Assembly: GCA_000388065.2 (NCBI GenBank)
Contig: KB932212.1
Direction: 5' to 3' (one strand)
Length of the DNA stretch: 13,518 nucleotides
Source of the DNA: Fonticula alba ATCC 38817
Taxonomy: Eukaryota; Protista; Nucleariida
Part shown: piece after piece, positions 9,041 through 13,518 of the stretch
Layout: each line of letters opens with the position of its first letter
Position numbering within the stretch: position 1 is the first letter of the stretch
The notes under the pieces: model-generated
The model's input: only the letters and a program-made list of their open reading frames with translations
What the model was told of the DNA's origin: nothing
Databases searched by the model: none
Position numbers and translations under genes: made by a program

Positions 9041-11595
9041 ATGTCAAGTGCTGTCGCCGCCGCCGCCGCCGCCGCCGCCGGCACGCCGCCGCCGCCGCCG
9101 GCCCCTCCCACCGCGCACCAGGCCCAGCACGGTGAGTATGTCCTCCTGCGCTTGAGCAACGGCTCCGAGCGCGTGGTCCGCCTTCCCCTGCACCCGGACG
9201 AGGTGTCCCGGCTGGACTCGGTCCCGAAGAAGTCCATCACCGGCGGCCCGAGCCATGTGCTGAACCTCGGCCGCTTCGGCTCGCTGGACCTTTACCAGCT
9301 GGTGGGGCTGAACTTCGGCTGGACCTACGAGCGCATTGGCACCGGGGCCGGGCGTCTGGTCCCGCTGGCCACGGAGGAGGTCGACCGGGCGGATCTGCAC
9401 TCGGTGCAGGCCGGTCTGGCCATCGAAGCCGCCGATGGTCGCAGTGCGTCCAAGCCCCTCGCTCTTTCGCCACCCGGCATCCACAATGCCCTCTCCTCCT
9501 CTGGTGCTTCTGCCGATGACACTGACGCCCATGCGCCTGTATGGATGATTGTGCATGAATGTGCGCACGCACGCACGCACGCACGCACGCACATGGCCAC
9601 CGCCGGACTGTCCAGCCTCCGCTGACAACCGGAACCTCATCGACACCAACACCTCGCAGGACCTGACCCAGGATGATATCCTCAAGCTCAAGGGCGAGGG
9701 TGTGTCCGGTGCCGTACGTGTGGTGCTCGTCCTTCCTCCTCGTCCTTCCTCCTCGTCCTTTTGGCTTCTTTCCTTTTTGCCGCCCGACCCCCCTTCGGTC
9801 CTCGCCGCCTAGTCGTCCCCGGGCTATCTGTCTCACCGCTCAATCCCCACTGTCCGGTCGCGTTACCTTTCCCTGCGTGTCTCCATGTGAATGCATGTGC
9901 ACACACACACACACACACACACATATGTAGGAGCTCATCGACGCCATCATCGCCGGCAGCAAGACCTTCGCCGAGAAGACCGAGTTCTCCCAGGCCAAAT
10001 ACATCAAGCGCAAGCAGGAGCGGTGCGTCGCCTGCTTCGGACAGGCCCCCCGCCTGCCAGGGACCAGCCCACCCGAAAACTGACGCCCAGCTGCCCACCC
10101 ACTCGCATGCTGCCCCGCTTGCGGCTCTCCTCCACCCGCCGGCGCCCTACGCCAGCCACCTGCGTACCATTCAGATCCTCAAGACCAGTCTGATGAATGT
10201 GGCCGAGCATTACTACACCCGGCATCCGTCCCGCATCATGTGCGTCTTTGCCTCCTCCCTTCTCTCGGGCCCCGGCGCGCGGCTGCCATTGACACTCTTT
10301 GACTCGTCTCTCCTGGTGCTGTCGCCGCCGCCGCTGCCGCCGTCGCCCCTGCCGCAGGAACATTCGCCCGGATACCCTCTCCCAGATGCTGTCCTATGCC
10401 AATGTGCAGCCTGGCGCGCGGGTGGTTGTCCTCGATGACTGCGGCGGCCTGGTGACTGCTGCGGCCCTTAGCCGTGTTGGCGGTGCGCCAATCCCCCCCC
10501 CCCCCCCCTCCCCCCCCGTTCCTTGCCTTACGCCGGCCCTGCTCCTGCCACCACCCTGTTCCTCCGGGCCTGTGACTGACCACCTTTCGGATTTGGCACC
10601 TCTTCCCGCTCCATCCCCCGGCCCTCGTGTGACCCGGGGAACACGTCGGCACAGACTCCGGGCTTGTGGTGGGCCTGTCGACCCAGTTCGAGGAGCCCGG
10701 CTTCGAGGTGGTCAGCACCCTGAACATGCCGGCCGACCAGCTGGACCGGACCCTCCTCCGGTCGACCTGGTACCACCTGTCCCTCAGCTCGGAGGATATC
10801 ATTTCCGAGGGGGCCCCAGCTCCGGGGGCCGGCGCCGAGGTGGAGGATTCCGCGATGCCGGCCGCCGCGGTGGCCGGGCGCAAGAACCTGGCCGAGCGCC
10901 GGCGCAAGCGCCAGCTCTGCCGGGCGGCCGCGCGCGATGAGCTCATGCGCGGCAACTTTGACTCGCTGATTGTGGCGGCCCGGGTGTGCCCGATGGAGGC
11001 CGTGCGGCTGTTGGTGCCGCTTCTGGCCCCCTCGCGGCCGTTTGCCATTTTCTCGCGCTCCTCCTCGGCCCTGGCCCCGACGATGGCGGCCCTGCGCAGC
11101 CAGCAGATGGCCCTCGACGGGCGGCCGACTCCCTATGCCGGGGACGAGCCGGACGACGCCGAGGACGACGCCATGCCGGCGGACGCCTCCACCACCAGCC
11201 CCCTCCCCCGGGCCATCAACCTCCAAATCCATGACACCTGGACGCGCGAGTACCAGGTCCTCCCCGGGCGCTCGCACCCCTTCATGAATATGCCCGGCGC
11301 GGCGTCCGGCTTCCTGCTGACCGGCATTCGCATCCTCACCGACCCGGATTCCGATGCGCCGGAGCCCCTGGCCGGGCTGCAGCTTCTTCTGTCCGAGGTG
11401 AATCAGCTGCGCAAGCGCGCGCGCCAGGTCACCGGGAGCAGCACCTACTGGGGCATCAGCAGCAACCCTGTTGCTGGCACCAGCACCGGTGTCTCAACTG
11501 ACGAGTCGGCCGCCGCTGCTGTCTCCACGGAGGAGCCAGTCGCCGCTGCTGCCTCCACGGAGGAGCCAGTCGCCGCTGCTGCCGTGGAGCAGTGA
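9041..11595 (+). CDS. TRM6: tRNA (adenine(58)-N1)-methyltransferase non-catalytic subunit TRM6/GCD10; join(9041..9443,9616..9713,9931..10022,10156..10239,10358..10482,10655..11595), 580 aa
   Basis: Gcd10-family motifs in order: GEYVLLRL..LGRFG..LVGLNFGWTYE; DNRNLID...SQDLTQDDI..LK; ELIDAIIAGSKTFAEKTEFSQAKYIKRK; HYYTRHPSRIMNIRPDTLSQMLSYANV..DDCGGLV; FDSLIVA..LAPSRPF.IFS; NLQIHDTWTREYQVLPGRSHP.M...GFLL. The five GT-AG introns give 1743 nt, an exact multiple of 3, ending in TGA. Confidence 0.95.
9444..9615 (+). other. TRM6 intron 1 (172 nt, phase 1)
   Basis: GTGCGT donor, contains (GCAC)7, TCCAG acceptor. Alternative phase-1 donors at 9438 and 9504 are less consensus-like. Confidence 0.75.
9565..9592 (+). 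repeat. (GCAC)7 intronic microsatellite
   Basis: Read directly in TRM6 intron 1. Confidence 0.93.
9714..9930 (+). other. TRM6 intron 2 (217 nt, phase 0)
   Basis: GTACGT donor, (AC)11 next to the TGTAG acceptor; joins GVSGA|ELIDAII. Confidence 0.9.
9901..9922 (+). repeat. (AC)11 intronic microsatellite
   Basis: Read directly, ends 6 nt before the AG of TRM6 intron 2. Confidence 0.95.
10023..10155 (+). other. TRM6 intron 3 (133 nt, phase 2)
   Basis: GTGCGT donor, GCCAG acceptor; joins KRKQE-R-HLRTIQIL. Confidence 0.82.
10240..10357 (+). other. TRM6 intron 4 (118 nt, phase 2)
   Basis: GTGCGT donor, CGCAG acceptor; AT+G gives I-M-NIRPDTL. Confidence 0.9.
10483..10654 (+). other. TRM6 intron 5 (172 nt, phase 1)
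   Basis: GTGCGC donor, poly-C tract, CACAG acceptor; joins RVG-D-SGLVV. Confidence 0.87.
11491..11580 (+). repeat. 3 x 30-bp coding tandem repeat at the TRM6 C-terminus (VSTDESAAAA/VSTEEPVAAA/ASTEEPVAAA)
   Basis: gtctcaactgacgagtcggccgccgctgct / gtctccacggaggagccagtcgccgctgct / gcctccacggaggagccagtcgccgctgct. Confidence 0.92.
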
Positions 11596-11653
11596 CGACA
11601 CACCGCCGCTGGTCTATATAGTGGCACAGAAAAGGATGCCGCATAGAAAACAA

Positions 11654-11659
11654 AATAAA
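11654..11659 (+). terminator. Candidate polyadenylation signal AATAAA for TRM6
   Basis: AATAAA about 60 nt after the TRM6 stop, in a locally A-rich patch of a GC-rich sequence. Confidence 0.5.
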
Positions 11660-11721
11660 CCCATTCTCGGGCGCCCCCACCCGGGCCCCTTCCTTCCATC
11701 CCCCTGCTCGTGCCCCCCCCC

Positions 11722-11737
11722 CTCTCTCTCTCTCTCT
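11722..11737. repeat. (CT)8 microsatellite
   Basis: Read directly. Confidence 0.85.
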
Positions 11738-11900
11738 TGGTCTGGACATCTCGCGCTTGCTAATGTGCCTCCGCCAGCGGGGGGCACAGGGCACTCCGCG
11801 AAGGCTGTGACTGTTTCCTGGTTGTCTCCCTCCCTCTCTCTCCCTCAGCTCTCCCTTGTCCCCAGGGCAGCACTGTCCTTGGGTGCAATCGGCAGACATC

Positions 11901-11906
11901 TTTATT
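11901..11906 (-). terminator. Candidate polyadenylation signal AATAAA for GALNT
   Basis: TTTATT on + (AATAAA on -), about 375 nt after the GALNT stop. Confidence 0.4.
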
Positions 11907-12279
11907 GTGGGAGGAATAGGAGAGAGTGTGCCCGATGGCCCTGCCCTGCACACATGGCCAGGCCGGCTCGCCACCTTGGGGCCTTTCCCCACGGAGGGGG
12001 AAAGGAAGACGGGTATGCGAGAGCACCTCGCACATGTGTGTATGGTGCGCGCGTGAATGTGTGCGTGCGTACGCGCGCAAGCGCGAAAGGACGAATGTGA
12101 AGGAGGGCAGAGGAGGGAGGGGAAGACAGGGGGGGGGGGGGAGGATGCAAACGCGCGCACGCTTGCACACATTCATGACACCGGAGGCAGAGAGGGGGGG
12201 GGGGAGGGGGGAGGACAAGCACGCGGGTGGCGGGGCCCCCGACAGCGCGCCCGAGTCCCCGCCAGCTGGACAGACAGGC

Positions 12280-12720
12280 CTATTCCGTGAGCGGATGGTC
12301 GGGGTAGATGTTCCGCGCGTACCAATCGTATGACCGGCAGTTGAGCCGCCGGCGAAGCTCGAAGCGCTCGGTCAGGTCGCCCACCTCGATGTGCGGGGGG
12401 ACAGTGCCGTCCCGGCGGCCGAACATATGCTGGTAGGCAATGGCCTTGGCATCGGGCGAGTCAATCCACACTTCGGCCGCGCGGGCCTTGTTCCGACCGA
12501 CCGTCTTGCTGGCGCCATCCGGGAAGGCGTACGGGAAGTTTTCCTTGAACTGCTTGAAGGAGGTACGGAACATATGGCCCACGCGCGAGCACGGGACGAA
12601 GGCCATCCGGCCGCCGCACTGCCAGATGCGCAGGGACATTTCGATGTTCTCGCCCTGTGGCAATCGAGCATAAGGACAAACACAGATGTCAGCAGATGTA
12701 CGACAAAGAGGACGCAAGGC

Positions 12721-12762
<42 letters not shown>

Positions 12763-13428
12763 GCGATATGCGGCGACGTGTATGCCGGCGGTACGCACAC
12801 CCCAAACATGCATGTCGGTGTCATAGGTGCCGATGTGGTTCCAGAAGTCACGGTGGATGGCAAACAGGCCGCCCGGCATGGCCGGCGTCAGGATCAGGTG
12901 GTGGCCGCCAGGCTGCTCGCGATCGCGCTTCTCCTGGGCCGGGGTCAGGCCGATCCAAGTGTAGTCCAGGCGGTTGGTGAAGCCCCCGCGGAAGGGGCCG
13001 CCAGATGCCTTGAAGTCCAGGGTAATGTCATTGATCAGGTCGATGGCCGGGATGGTGACCATGGTGGGATCGGTCATGATTGGCTCGATGAGGGTCTCCA
13101 GCCAGCGGAAGCCGGCCTCGCAGTGGCTGTCCAAAAAGACCAGGATCTCGGACTCTGCGAGTGCGCACGCCAGCCCCACACCAGTGGGCACACAGGGCAG
13201 GAGGGCAAGTTGGCCAGTGGGGCCCGGTCAGTCGAGAGGGAAAGGGAGGGGGAGGGGCGAGACCGAGCGGGCCAGGCGAGAAGGCAGGCCGGGGCCGGTG
13301 GCGCAGAGGCCGCAGGGCGCACCATCGGCGGCCAGGTTGGCGCCCTGGACCCGAGCACGGATCAGGCCCTCGGACTCCGGGTTCGTGTGCACCACAATCC
13401 GGGGGTTCTTCTCGAGCTCGCGGAAGAG
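12280..13428 (-). CDS. GALNT: Polypeptide N-acetylgalactosaminyltransferase (GT27/GALNT family), 3' part; complement(join(12280..12654,12799..13154,13323..13428)); 5' exons lie beyond the window
   Basis: EGLIRARVQGA, FLDSHCE (DxH metal motif), P.ID.I...T, RGGF, PAMPGGLFAI, YD.DM.VWG|GENIEMSLRIWQCGG..FVPCSRVGHMFR, N..RAAEVW.D, R..LRRRLNCRSYDWY..NIYP. Both introns restore the frame. The symbol is family-level; no specific orthologue is assigned. Confidence 0.93.
12655..12798 (-). other. GALNT intron (144 nt, phase 0)
   Basis: Minus-strand GTGCGT donor, (CA)17, CACAG acceptor; splits the WG|GEN motif. Confidence 0.93.
12722..12755 (-). repeat. (GT)17 on +, i.e. (AC)17 on the GALNT sense strand, intronic
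   Basis: Read directly. Confidence 0.95.
13155..13322 (-). other. GALNT intron (168 nt, phase 1)
   Basis: Minus-strand GTGCGC donor, CGCAG acceptor; joins GANLAAD-E-SEILVFLDSH. Confidence 0.88.
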
Positions 13429-13518
13429 CTGGGCAGGGCGCAGGTGTGGGGCGGCGTCAGAGGAAGAGGCAGCCATCAAGGGAGACCGTCGAAGCAGGGA
13501 GCAGGGGGAGGCGGGGGG
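13429..13518 (-). other. 3' part of an upstream GALNT intron (runs off the window end)
   Basis: Minus-strand pyrimidine tract, CTGAC at 13460-13456, first downstream AG is CCCAG at 13430-13429. Confidence 0.75.

Noticed and set aside
11491-11580. 30-bp direct repeats as a CRISPR-like array or transposon end
   Set aside because: Head-to-tail with no spacers, in frame inside a eukaryotic coding exon.
11456-12333. ORFs of 70-240 aa between TRM6 and GALNT, considered as a missing lectin exon or separate gene
   Set aside because: No QxW or Cys pattern of a ricin domain, no codon-like bias; composition fits convergent 3' UTRs.

Overview
Eukaryotic, very GC-rich genomic DNA with spliceosomal introns of about 120-220 nt, C-rich intron tracts and CAG-rich coding repeats. 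The style suggests a GC-rich non-animal protist such as a Fonticula-like opisthokont; this is inference only. Three gene loci are supported. (1) A large + strand CAMKL (MARK/Kin1/AMPK-like) Ser/Thr kinase, exons 933-1110, 1280-2636, 2777-3500, 3646-~5100. It probably continues, after an unexplained +1 frame change near 5087-5178, into the 1014-aa ORF ending at 8308, which finishes in a KA1-like domain (about 2,300 aa in total). (2) TRM6/GCD10, the non-catalytic subunit of the tRNA m1A58 methyltransferase, 6 exons, 9041-11595, 580 aa. (3) The 3' part of a - strand polypeptide GalNAc-transferase (GT27/GALNT family) that stops right after the catalytic domain, with no ricin lectin domain. Points worth a second look are the frame break in the kinase, its glycine-free P-loop and non-RD activation segment, the lectin-less GALNT in an apparently non-animal genome, a GTGCGY-dominated 5' splice-site consensus, and CA-rich intronic microsatellites that always lie on the sense strand. 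There is one 10-N assembly gap at 8787-8796. No RNA genes, mobile elements or CRISPR arrays were seen.
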